Below are positions 1-10,019 of a DNA stretch of 32,000 nt, in pieces (position 1 is the first letter of the stretch; each line of letters begins with the position of its first letter). A program made the translations under genes and the position numbers. Below the pieces are notes generated by a model. It was not told the origin of the DNA, made no database searches, and was given only the letters and a program-made list of their open reading frames with translations. Source of the stretch: an uncultured Gammaproteobacteria bacterium (lineage in GTDB: Bacteria; Patescibacteriota; Microgenomatia; Daviesbacterales; UBA10151); contig CAYHYM010000001.1 in the NCBI GenBank assembly GCA_964360965.1, forward strand, positions 30,001-62,000, read 5' to 3'.

Positions 1-1443
<1,443 letters not shown>

Positions 1444-1497
1444 TGGATTTTGCTAACGCGGCACTGAGCGTAGTCGAAAGGCAATAGAGGTTTATGT

Positions 1498-2136
1498 ATG
1501 AAAAATTATTCCCCAATTTTATTTGAGGCCTATGATAAGTTTATGCTCTCCCTGGGGGGCAAAAAGATTCCCACTCCATACAGGATAAATATTCCATATC
1601 AGAGCGATAGAAAAAAATATGGTAAATCTGATCCTGATACTTTAACAACAGATACCAGAAGGTTGGTCGTAGAGCGGAATTTTGATTTAAATAAAGCAAC
1701 TGAGCAAGAAATAAGAAGTTTCATGGAAAAAAATATGCTGGGGATTGACTGTTCCGGATTTGTCTATCATCTGCTGGATTATTTATTAAGACATACCAAC
1801 AAGGGAGGCATGGAAAATATCGGTTTTCCTCCTGCCCAAAGAACCAATGTTTGGCTGTTAACTTCCAAGGAGTTCACCATTCCTGTTGATGATCTAACCC
1901 ATGCTTTGGCAGGGGATTTGATAAAATTAAACAGTGGGCAGGATCTTTTGCACTGCCTGATTGTTTTGGATCACCAAAATAGTATGATCACCTATACTCA
2001 CTCTAGTAGATTTAACAAACCCAGTGGTATCCAAATTGGTAAAATAACTGAGGGAAAATTCCCAGATGATTTACAAGTTTTTTCCTATAATCCCAACAAG
2101 GGGGATGGCATTAGAAGGCTCAAAATGCTAAAATAG
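1498..2136 (+). CDS. NlpC/P60-superfamily (papain-like) cysteine peptidase/amidase, no signal peptide
   Basis: 212 aa ORF. It has the catalytic-Cys motif GIDCSGFVYH and downstream His candidates (LLHCLIVLDH, TYTHSS). An AGAGG sequence lies about 12 nt upstream of the ATG. Confidence 0.55.
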   Translation: MKNYSPILFEAYDKFMLSLGGKKIPTPYRINIPYQSDRKKYGKSDPDTLTTDTRRLVVERNFDLNKATEQEIRSFMEKNMLGIDCSGFVYHLLDYLLRHTNKGGMENIGFPPAQRTNVWLLTSKEFTIPVDDLTHALAGDLIKLNSGQDLLHCLIVLDHQNSMITYTHSSRFNKPSGIQIGKITEGKFPDDLQVFSYNPNKGDGIRRLKMLK

Positions 2137-2140
2137 CTCA

Positions 2141-2779
2141 ATGGTAATTGAAAAAACGCCAGAAACTATGCCTACTTTGACTGTTCCTTATATCTCACAG
2201 AAAGATGATGAAACCAGCAATAGATATGGTAGAAGAGGGTGTGGATTAACGGCTTTGAGAATGGTGCTATCTTATTATGGTAAGGATCTGGGCATGGAGG
2301 AACTAGACCAGCTAGTAGTAGAGACCCACGCTTATCAGCCAATGGAAGGCAAGGAGGAAATAGGCGGTTGGATTCATGCAGGTATGACCAACATAGCTAG
2401 AAAAGTAGGACTCAGAGGATATAGAATCCATTATGGGATGCTTACTGAGCAAGATTTAATTAACTCTAAAGCTGTATTTGAGGAAGAAGGAATGGGTGAG
2501 GAAGAGTTTAAGGACTTTAGTGAGAGCTTTGACCAAGCCAGAACAGAAGGTCCCATGTCTGATCTCTATCGTTTAATTGATAAGGGCATTCCAGTGATTG
2601 CTTCAATGAAAAAATCTTATGCTAAAACTCTAGCTTCTCATATGATAGTTTTAATGGGCTATGGGGGTGATGAGTTAGTGGTTAATGACCCTTGGGAATT
2701 TGGACCAAATTATAAAGTTTCAGTTGATGAATTTAAGAAGCATTGGACTAATAGGGTAATCGTTATAAGCACTCCGTAG
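2141..2779 (+). CDS. Peptidase C39-like (C39_2-type) cysteine peptidase domain protein, no signal peptide
   Basis: 212 aa ORF starting 4 nt after the previous stop. Motifs are VPYISQKD...GCGLTALRMVLSYYG (Cys) and ASHMIVLMGYGGDELVVNDPW (His/Asp). Confidence 0.55.
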   Translation: MVIEKTPETMPTLTVPYISQKDDETSNRYGRRGCGLTALRMVLSYYGKDLGMEELDQLVVETHAYQPMEGKEEIGGWIHAGMTNIARKVGLRGYRIHYGMLTEQDLINSKAVFEEEGMGEEEFKDFSESFDQARTEGPMSDLYRLIDKGIPVIASMKKSYAKTLASHMIVLMGYGGDELVVNDPWEFGPNYKVSVDEFKKHWTNRVIVISTP

Positions 2780-2828
2780 CCCATAGTTTGAATTACTGGA
2801 CAAGTTGTGATATGATTATTTTAATAAT

Positions 2829-3380
2829 ATGTCAGAAAGAGATAGTGAACCTTTGCCCTCAGGGCAAAGATTTTTAGACAACAAATGGACCAGAACAGCT
2901 GCAGCTGTTCTGGGTATTCCAACTGCAATATCACCTATAGCTTGTGCACCCCAGGCTGCAGAAGTCAGACCCGCCAGCGCCAGCGAGTTAGAAAGTGGTC
3001 TAAGGATTCCTTATCCTGACTACCAAATAACTTTACCTGAAGGTTGGGTTAAAGGAGATGGATTTTACATTGGTCATGGTCATATCTTCTTTACTACGGA
3101 AAGACCAGTACCATCAGAAGTTGTTGGAAAAATAACTTTAGGTCGAACTAGCTCTCCAGAAGAAGAAGCCAAAAGAGTTCGTTCTACCTTAAGTGAACAA
3201 GTTCAAGTGGTTAGAGAGGATGAATTAAATATTGAGTACCTAATGGATGGTGATTTAACCTTACTAAGATTTAAAAACGATAATAAAGGTCAAGTAATAA
3301 TTATTGAAGTCTTGATTCCTAATGGTTTGGCAACTGTCTATCAAAAAGAGGCTCTAGAGTTTATAAACGCTATTCACTAA
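2829..3380 (+). CDS. Hypothetical exported protein, possible lipoprotein
   Basis: 183 aa ORF. The N-terminus KWTRTAAAVLGIPTAISPIAC resembles a signal peptide with a non-canonical lipobox (PIAC). No family recognised. Confidence 0.5.
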   Translation: MSERDSEPLPSGQRFLDNKWTRTAAAVLGIPTAISPIACAPQAAEVRPASASELESGLRIPYPDYQITLPEGWVKGDGFYIGHGHIFFTTERPVPSEVVGKITLGRTSSPEEEAKRVRSTLSEQVQVVREDELNIEYLMDGDLTLLRFKNDNKGQVIIIEVLIPNGLATVYQKEALEFINAIH

Positions 3381-3392
3381 CCCCTAAAAGCC

Positions 3393-3422
3393 TTGCGTTA
3401 CCACCTTCAAACCAAGTATAAT
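3393..3422 (+). promoter_or_regulatory. Sigma70-like promoter upstream of gyrA (TTGCGT-18-TATAAT)
   Basis: TTGCGT is at 3393-3398 and TATAAT at 3417-3422. A 27 nt leader follows, containing the small hairpin tggct-acaa-agcca (3428-3441), with no clear SD. Confidence 0.4.
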
Positions 3423-3449
3423 TAGAGTGGCTACAAAGCCATTTTTTTA

Positions 3450-5981
3450 ATGAACATTGGTAAAATTCAACCGGCTCCCATAATTGAAGAGATGCAGCGG
3501 TCCTATTTGGACTATGCTATGTCCGTCATAGTCTCTCGGGCCTTACCTGATGTCAGAGACGGCCTAAAACCGGTGCAGCGACGCATTATCTATGCTATGC
3601 ATGAGCAAGGATTGCACCATACCTCAAGATATCAAAAGTCTGCAGCAGTTGTTGGTGAAGTTTTAAAGAATTTTCATCCCCACGGAGATACCCCTGTCTA
3701 TGAAGCCATGGTGAGAATGGCCCAAAATTTTTCCATGAGATATATGCTGGTTGACGGCCAAGGAAATTTTGGCTCCATTGATGGAGATTCACCGGCAGCC
3801 ATGCGATATACTGAGGTAAAATTATCCTCAATATCAGAAGAATTACTGCGTGATATCAACAAAAACACTGTTGATTTTACGGATAATTATTCAGGAACAA
3901 CTCAAGAGCCCGTCCTGTTGCCATCCGTTATACCCAATCTGCTGCTTAATGGAGCCTCAGGTATAGCTGTTGGCATGGCCACCCAAATTCCACCCCATAA
4001 TTTGGGGGAAGTATGTGATGCCTTGGTCTATATGATAGAACACCCAACCAGAACTGTCATTGCGACCCCGAATGAAACAAGGGGGGATAACAATATATTT
4101 TCCTCTGATGCCACTGTTGAAAATTTAGTCCAGTTCATCAAAGGTCCGGATTTCCCCACAGGCGCTGCTATTTTTGATCAAACAGAAATTATGGCAGCTT
4201 ATGCAACTGGTAAAGGCAGGATTGTCATGCGCGCCAGAGCAGAAGTTGAGGAGACAGAGGCGGGCTCGCCTCGCTCCGCGGGCGGAGCGGGAAAAATGCA
4301 AATCATAGTCACGGAAATCCCATATCAGGTTAATAAATCCACTCTTATCTCAAGGATGGCCGAGCTGGTCAAAGATAAAAAAATAGAGGGGATTGCGGAT
4401 TTGCGCGATGAGTCTGACAGAACACAGATGGTGCGAATTGTGATCGATCTGAAAAGAGACGGGAAACCCCAATCAGTTCTAAATAATTTATACAAACATA
4501 CTACTATGCAGTCTGTTTTTAATGTCAATATAGTAGGCCTTCTTGATGGAGTGCCGCATCTTTTAAACCTAAAACAAATTCTGCAGGAGTTTGTCAACCA
4601 CCGCCAGAGGATTGTCAAAAGACGTTCCGAATTTGAACTGGCTGAGGCTAAAGCCAGGGAACACATCCTGCTGGGACTGACAATTGCCGTTGATCAAATA
4701 GACGATGTCATTGAAACAATTAAAAAGAGCAAAGACGTTGAGATGGCCAAAGTTAATTTAATGGCCAAATTTAAACTAACAGAGATTCAATCGGTGGCTA
4801 TTTTGGATATGCAGCTGCGGCGTTTGGCAGCATTGGAAAGGCAAAAAATTGAGGATGAGCTAAAAATGGTTAAAGAAACCATCGCCTATCTTGAGAATCT
4901 GCTGATCTCGCCTGAAAAAATCTTAAGAGTTATAAAAGATGAGCTGGTAAAAATTAAGCAAAAATATGCAGACCCGCGACGCACCAAAGTTTACAAACAA
5001 AAAGTGGGGGAATTTAATGAGGAAGATCTGGTAGCCAATGAGGTGACAATTGTCACCATTACAGAAGGAGGTTATATCAAACGTCAGTCTCCCGCCTCTT
5101 TCAGGACTCAGGCCAGGGGAGGAAAAGGGGTTTTGGGCATTTCCACCAAAGAAGAAGATGCGGTTTCCCATATTTTTTATACCCAGACTCACGATAATAT
5201 TTTATTTTTTACCAGTATTGGAAAAGTTTATCAGGTTAAAGTTTGGGATATCCCGGAAACACAACGGGCTGCCAGGGGCCAAGCTGTGGTTAATTTAATA
5301 AATATTGAGCAAAGGGAAAAAGTCACTGCTGTTTTAACCAGAAGAGAGAAAGGAGAGGCGGCCAAATACTTCTTTATGTGTACCTCCCGTGGTACTGTCA
5401 AAAAAACCGCTCTTTCAGAGTATGCCCATATTAGAAAGAACGGGTTGTTGGCCATAAAACTGGGAGCGGGTGATAACCTGGGCTGGGTTTACCCAACAAC
5501 AGGATTAGATGATGTGATAATTGTGTCCCAAAAAGGCAAATCTATCAGATTTTCTGAAAAGGGGGTTAAGCCAACACACAGGGATACTTCAGGCGTCAGG
5601 GGTATCAGACTTACAAAAGATGATCAGGTGGTATCTTTAAATATTATTGGGGATGGACAGGGAGAGCTGCTGGTTATTATGGAAAACGGTTTGGGTAAAA
5701 AGACCAATATTTCATCCTGGAAAAGACAAGGCAGAGGAGGACAGGGAGTGAAGGCTGCCCAGGTTACTGCCAAAACAGGGAATATTGTCACAGCATCTTT
5801 AGTTGATAAAACCATGGATACGCTGATTTTAACATCAACCAAAGGCCAACTGATAAAAATGGACCTTAAACAGGTGCCAACGCTGCAAAGACAAACTCAG
5901 GGAGTAATTTTGATGAGAGCAAAAGACGGGGAAAAAGTGGCAGCAGCCACAGTGGTATCATCCAAGGAGAAGGTAGAATGA
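3450..5981 (+). CDS. gyrA: DNA gyrase subunit A
   Basis: 843 aa ORF. Motifs include [22 protein letters not shown] (active-site Tyr), EIPYQVNK and C-terminal beta-pinwheel repeats. Confidence 0.97.
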   Translation: MNIGKIQPAPIIEEMQRSYLDYAMSVIVSRALPDVRDGLKPVQRRIIYAMHEQGLHHTSRYQKSAAVVGEVLKNFHPHGDTPVYEAMVRMAQNFSMRYMLVDGQGNFGSIDGDSPAAMRYTEVKLSSISEELLRDINKNTVDFTDNYSGTTQEPVLLPSVIPNLLLNGASGIAVGMATQIPPHNLGEVCDALVYMIEHPTRTVIATPNETRGDNNIFSSDATVENLVQFIKGPDFPTGAAIFDQTEIMAAYATGKGRIVMRARAEVEETEAGSPRSAGGAGKMQIIVTEIPYQVNKSTLISRMAELVKDKKIEGIADLRDESDRTQMVRIVIDLKRDGKPQSVLNNLYKHTTMQSVFNVNIVGLLDGVPHLLNLKQILQEFVNHRQRIVKRRSEFELAEAKAREHILLGLTIAVDQIDDVIETIKKSKDVEMAKVNLMAKFKLTEIQSVAILDMQLRRLAALERQKIEDELKMVKETIAYLENLLISPEKILRVIKDELVKIKQKYADPRRTKVYKQKVGEFNEEDLVANEVTIVTITEGGYIKRQSPASFRTQARGGKGVLGISTKEEDAVSHIFYTQTHDNILFFTSIGKVYQVKVWDIPETQRAARGQAVVNLINIEQREKVTAVLTRREKGEAAKYFFMCTSRGTVKKTALSEYAHIRKNGLLAIKLGAGDNLGWVYPTTGLDDVIIVSQKGKSIRFSEKGVKPTHRDTSGVRGIRLTKDDQVVSLNIIGDGQGELLVIMENGLGKKTNISSWKRQGRGGQGVKAAQVTAKTGNIVTASLVDKTMDTLILTSTKGQLIKMDLKQVPTLQRQTQGVILMRAKDGEKVAAATVVSSKEKVE

Positions 5982-6187
5982 AAAAAGAAAAGTTTATATC
6001 TAATATAGCTATTATTTATTTTTTTGCAGGTTTTGTTTTTGCCATAATTTTTGCCTTTTATTATCATTGGCCGGCTCTGTCATTTTTATCCCCAGGATTT
6101 TTTGTGGTGGCATTTTCCTGGCCCCTGCAGATTGGAGGATTTGGGGGAGACCTGATAAATTATGGCCTGTCAGGTAAACCAATTTGA
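5978..6187 (+). CDS. Small two-TM membrane protein
   Basis: 69 aa ORF whose ATG overlaps the gyrA stop (ATGA). It has two clear hydrophobic helices. Confidence 0.5.
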   Translation: MKKEKFISNIAIIYFFAGFVFAIIFAFYYHWPALSFLSPGFFVVAFSWPLQIGGFGGDLINYGLSGKPI

Positions 6188-6209
6188 ATATTGATCAATG
6201 ACCAACCTC

Positions 6210-6503
6210 CTATTTGCTGCCCAGAAACTTTTGAGCAAAATCATTTAAAAAATTTGATCCCCGGGAAATAACAAATCCTGACAAAAAAGTATCCACAAAA
6301 GGAATACTGCTTTCAATTCCCAAAATAAGGGAGAAAAAATTAATATGATAGGCAAATGCTAAAAACATCCCTGTTCCCAAACAGAAAAGGGGTAGATAGG
6401 GCTTCAAGGTAGTCACATTACCAAAAATATACTCCACGACAGCCTCATTGATGGCAGTAAATATAAAAACCGTGGCCAAGGGTGATAAATTTAATCCTTC
6501 CAA
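6210..6503 (-). CDS. Holin-like small membrane protein (2-3 TM)
   Basis: 97 aa ORF that starts 2 nt after the amidase stop. It has hydrophobic segments and a charged C-terminal tail. The call rests on size, topology and context only. Confidence 0.45.
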   Translation of the reverse strand: MEGLNLSPLATVFIFTAINEAVVEYIFGNVTTLKPYLPLFCLGTGMFLAFAYHINFFSLILGIESSIPFVDTFLSGFVISRGSNFLNDFAQKFLGSK

Positions 6504-6504
6504 T

Positions 6505-7446
6505 TTAGAAAGTTACCTTCCTGGCAGGAAAAAGCAGTTTATAAATTGAGATTATAACATCAATTAAAGTAAAGGTGGAATCAGGGTGTTCTTTTTGGGG
6601 CAGCGCTACCAGCGGAGGTTCTTTTAAAGAAGCCTTAAAGGCTAAAATCTGGGCCTCCAAGTTTTCTATCTGGCTTTTTTGGGAATCAATAATGGCCTGC
6701 ATGCTTGATATTTGATTTTGTAAATTTTGCCCCTCTTTTCCCATTTTTAAAAGGGACTGATGTTCATCTGAGCTTACCATGGTTAAAAGTACTTGTTCTA
6801 ATCTGGCAGGGGAGTTGGTGTGAGCCGAAAGTCCAGCTTGATCCGGCTCTCTGCCTAAAACAGTTCTATAATAGCTCGCGATTACATCGCGTCGCTCTTG
6901 TAGCTGCCTTTCATCCATACCACTCACAATCATCTGTTTCCAGTTTAACCAGCCATCACCCGGACAGGCTGTTGATTGACCGGGCAGTTCTTTGTGGCCT
7001 TTGATACTATCCCAAGAAATAAAGCCCACTAGATCCCCAAAATTATTAATAAAAAAATCACAAAGTTTTCTGGCTGAGTCAAGCTGATCAGCAGTTGGAA
7101 TTTTACCTGCCATAAAATTACCAATTAAACAAATGCCAATCACTTGATCATTTAAATTGGCCACATTGGCCCGGGCAGTTGATAAATCACCCACATAATA
7201 AACCGTGCCATCTTTACCGATTAAAAAATGATAGCCAATTCCACCCCAGCCATTTGTTTGGATATGAAAACGGGCAATATCCAAAGGAGTTTGACTGTCC
7301 AAGGCAGCAGTGTGGTGGATGGCCAGGTATTTAACCTGAGAAGGTGTCCTGGTCCAGCTCCAATTATAGGCATCACCGGGCAGAGTATCTCTTAAATCTA
7401 TAAATTTATTACCTAAAGAGGGAATGGTTAAATCAATCCTGGCCAC
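6505..7446 (-). CDS. N-acetylmuramoyl-L-alanine amidase (Amidase_2/PGRP fold) with DUF4214-like and coiled-coil C-terminal regions
   Basis: Motifs are YLAIHHTA, GWGGIGYHFLIGKDGTVYYVGD, IGICLIGNF and KGHKELPGQSTACPG, followed by YYRTVLGREPDQAGL (DUF4214-like). No signal peptide. Confidence 0.85.
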   Translation of the reverse strand: MARIDLTIPSLGNKFIDLRDTLPGDAYNWSWTRTPSQVKYLAIHHTAALDSQTPLDIARFHIQTNGWGGIGYHFLIGKDGTVYYVGDLSTARANVANLNDQVIGICLIGNFMAGKIPTADQLDSARKLCDFFINNFGDLVGFISWDSIKGHKELPGQSTACPGDGWLNWKQMIVSGMDERQLQERRDVIASYYRTVLGREPDQAGLSAHTNSPARLEQVLLTMVSSDEHQSLLKMGKEGQNLQNQISSMQAIIDSQKSQIENLEAQILAFKASLKEPPLVALPQKEHPDSTFTLIDVIISIYKLLFPARKVTF

Positions 7447-7485
7447 GTTGTGGCTATACTAACAAAGACCAATTTCTCTTGTCAA

Positions 7486-8406
7486 TCAACGATTATTCCC
7501 CGAATGAAATGCCTTATGCACATCCTTTAGATGAGCATTGGTGACATGGGTGTATATTTGGGTGGTTTGGATGTTGGAGTGACCTAACATTTCCTGCACT
7601 GAGCGGATATCGGCTCCATTTATCAGTAAATCCGTGGCAAAAGAATGCCTTAAGGTATGGGGGGTGGCTTTGACAGGAAGACCTAAAGCTTTAACATATT
7701 TTTCCACAATTCGCTCAATTGAGCGGGAAGTAAGCCTCATAGCCTCACCGCTGTTTTGGGCATCTATCTTACCCTGATACCTGATAAAAAGAGGCTTGAG
7801 GGTATCTTTTCTTGCCATCAAGTATTTTTCCAAAAACTCAACTGCAGAATCAGATAAAAAAACTATCCTTTCTTTTCCACCTTTACCAACAACTCCAAAC
7901 TCGCGTCTGTTAAGATTTATGGTGTCCCTGTTTAAAGAAGCCAGTTCAGAAACCCGCAGTCCTGTTGAAAAAAGCGTCTCCAGAATGGCCCTATCCCTTA
8001 TGCCATCTTTTCTAGATGTATTCGGAGCATCAAGCAGTTGCTTAAGCGAAGCATCATCCAAAATCTTCAAAGGCCTTGGTTCTGCCTCTCCCAGTTCCAC
8101 TTTTTCAGGGGATAAAGTTTGGATATCTTGGCGGGCTAAATATCTTAAAAATGCCCGCAGAGCTATCATAAAATAGTTTTGGGTGACTCTTTTTAAGGAT
8201 CTTTTGGTCTTTGGATCCTGAAATCTTGCCAGATACAACCTGTATTTTCTGACCAAATTCAAATCTATATCTTTGGGATCAATATCATTCGAAAACTGCA
8301 AAAATCGTTTTAGATAATGATCGTAGTTTTTAATGGTTAACTGAGAGGCATTCCTCTCCAGCTCCAGATATTCTAAGAAATCAGTAATTAAGGCAGATAG
8401 GTTCAT
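7486..8406 (-). CDS. Tyrosine recombinase, XerC/XerD family
   Basis: I place the start at the MNLSALITDFLEYLE ATG (8406). The upstream 62 codons of track ORF 7486..8592 lie antisense-free inside the preceding gene and are Cys/Trp/Arg-rich junk. Motifs are GLRVSELASL, TPHTLRHSFAT and LGHSNIQTTQIYTHV. Confidence 0.88.
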   Translation of the reverse strand: MNLSALITDFLEYLELERNASQLTIKNYDHYLKRFLQFSNDIDPKDIDLNLVRKYRLYLARFQDPKTKRSLKRVTQNYFMIALRAFLRYLARQDIQTLSPEKVELGEAEPRPLKILDDASLKQLLDAPNTSRKDGIRDRAILETLFSTGLRVSELASLNRDTINLNRREFGVVGKGGKERIVFLSDSAVEFLEKYLMARKDTLKPLFIRYQGKIDAQNSGEAMRLTSRSIERIVEKYVKALGLPVKATPHTLRHSFATDLLINGADIRSVQEMLGHSNIQTTQIYTHVTNAHLKDVHKAFHSGNNR

Positions 8407-9113
8407 CACAAAAGTGCCAGGCCTAAAATTCCCAGGATGGTTAAGATTGAACCTACTATGGCCAGGGCAAAGGTAAACTGCTCTGTTCCTGCCGGGGGAA
8501 GAGCCTTTGGCGGCCCAACATAGGGAGCAGTAGTCCCTGAGGGTGTGGCCACACCAACACCAACTCCTGCTCCGGGCGCGCCAGCAGCGCAAGTGCCAGT
8601 CCCTATAGTATAATTTCCATTAACCACTGAGTTTAACACATCAGCCACTATATCCCCCCTTTGCACCACATTAGAATCTGAAGTTTTACTTTTATCATTG
8701 GAGTCAAAGTCAAATTTAATCTGACTGGCGCCAGTTGGAGCATCATCTTTAACTTTAAACTTAATGCTGGCCAAAGTTCCAGAACCCAAAAAACCAGTCG
8801 TGACAGAGGCCAAGCCTGAAATGGAAACTTTACCGTTGGACTCATCAATGCTATTTCCCGGGTAATCTGCATAAATTGATCCCACTGACATGGATGAAGC
8901 GCTAAACCTGGAAGTATCATATAAAACTATGGCATCAGTGCCATCAGTTTGAACCCCGCCAGTATTTAAAACAATATCCAATGAGAAGGTACAGCTTTTA
9001 TTAAAGGTACCCGAGGAAGGGGACAAAGACAGGGTGGCAGTCTGGGCAAAGGCAACCGGGCTTAATATAATTGTTATAAAAATTATAAAAATTATAATTA
9101 CTATAGTCTTCAT
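8406..9113 (-). CDS. Secreted cohesin-like domain protein with C-terminal LPPAG + TM anchor
   Basis: It has a classical signal peptide (..SPVAFA/QT). The cohesin-like pattern is LSLSPSSGTF...FSLDIVLNTGG..DGTDAIVLYD...GKVSISG...GTLASIKFKVK. The tail is KALPPAGTEQFTF followed by a 20 aa hydrophobic stretch. Confidence 0.7.
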   Translation of the reverse strand: MKTIVIIIFIIFITIILSPVAFAQTATLSLSPSSGTFNKSCTFSLDIVLNTGGVQTDGTDAIVLYDTSRFSASSMSVGSIYADYPGNSIDESNGKVSISGLASVTTGFLGSGTLASIKFKVKDDAPTGASQIKFDFDSNDKSKTSDSNVVQRGDIVADVLNSVVNGNYTIGTGTCAAGAPGAGVGVGVATPSGTTAPYVGPPKALPPAGTEQFTFALAIVGSILTILGILGLALL

Positions 9114-9664
9114 GGCAGAATATTTATCTCCAACTGATTAACTTTTTCCAAAATATCTGCTCCAGTGCCTGTTTCAGTCACATTAGTGTCCCCGGTTTTA
9201 CCTGGGGTAAAGTCCAATGAAACTTTGGTTAATCCTACAGCTTTGGCCACAAATGTTACTGCAGCAAACTGACCCTCCGGTATAACTCCGCCTTGCTGGG
9301 TGGTAATACCGGAGACAGATACTCTTCCCAAAGTCGCGTCAACCTTATTTTGCGGATAATCGGAAAAAATGGTCCCCAATACTGTTGGCTGGGCTGTTAA
9401 TAGTTTTGGGTCATAGGTAATTATCAAGTCCACCCCATCAACTTTTTTGGCCGAGGCGACATTTATAGTAACCAAAATTCTCTCCCTCACCCTAAGCTGA
9501 CTTTTATCAGCGGAGAGGCTGATGGAGGTTTGACTTGTAACAGGTACGGCAACAGTTGATGGAGGAGTTGGTTTAACCAAAGACCATCCGGCCCACAAAA
9601 CTTCTGCCAAAATTACCATACCCAGCACTATAAAAATGTTTCTTTTCACCAGATATTTTTGCAT
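9110..9664 (-). CDS. Membrane-anchored cohesin-like domain protein
   Basis: 184 aa ORF with an N-terminal TM helix. The cohesin-like pattern is ISLSADKSQL..ILVTINV..VDGVDLIITYDPKLL..GRVSVSG..GQFAAVTFVAK. It overlaps the downstream gene by ATGA. Confidence 0.65.
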   Translation of the reverse strand: MQKYLVKRNIFIVLGMVILAEVLWAGWSLVKPTPPSTVAVPVTSQTSISLSADKSQLRVRERILVTINVASAKKVDGVDLIITYDPKLLTAQPTVLGTIFSDYPQNKVDATLGRVSVSGITTQQGGVIPEGQFAAVTFVAKAVGLTKVSLDFTPGKTGDTNVTETGTGADILEKVNQLEINILP

Positions 9665-9683
9665 ACCTTTAGATTAAACTTTC

Positions 9684-9986
9684 TCAACTGCCGAAGTCAA
9701 GGGCGGGCAGTTGAATTAAAGTCGCACCGGGTGAGGGGGAAGGTGATGGACTAACTTGTGCTGACGGAGAAGAGGAGGGGGCTGTTTCCTTGGTAATTTT
9801 TAATTTTACATTAGAGTTGGTAGTTTCTGTGATGACCTGACCTGTATCATTCACAAATTCCACCTTGGGGATAAAGGCTGCCCGAGGCCTAAAAATTTGG
9901 GTCTGACGTACCAAATACAAAGTAGCCGGAATAGCCACCAAGATAATTACAAAGCCTATTAAAATTAATGTTTGTCTTTTAGTCAT
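9684..9986 (-). CDS. Anchor-module-only paralogue (TM + LVRQTQIFRPRAA + short beta segment + Pro/Ser linker)
   Basis: 100 aa ORF. Its first ~66 aa are near-identical to the N-terminus of ORF 10020..11288. A strong SD (AAGGGGGT) lies 6 nt upstream. It may be a truncated duplicate. Confidence 0.5.
   Translation of the reverse strand: MTKRQTLILIGFVIILVAIPATLYLVRQTQIFRPRAAFIPKVEFVNDTGQVITETTNSNVKLKITKETAPSSSPSAQVSPSPSPSPGATLIQLPALDFGS
9790..9986 (-). repeat. Copy A of duplicated 197 nt N-terminal anchor module (copy B is 11092-11288)
   Basis: The two copies are colinear from their start codons. Bases 9790-9866 are 100% identical to 11092-11168 (77 nt) and the flanks are diverged. Confidence 0.9.
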
Positions 9987-10019
9987 TAACTTACCCCCTT
10001 ATAGATTAACCGACTCTTT

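Noticed and set aside
7486-8592. Track ORF gives the Xer recombinase a 62 aa N-terminal extension (MRCWRARSRSWCWCGH...).
   Set aside because: The extension overlaps the 3' end of the cohesin-like gene in another frame and is Cys/Trp/Arg-rich junk. The canonical Xer N-terminus (MNLSALITDFLEYLE) starts at 8406, coupled to the upstream stop.
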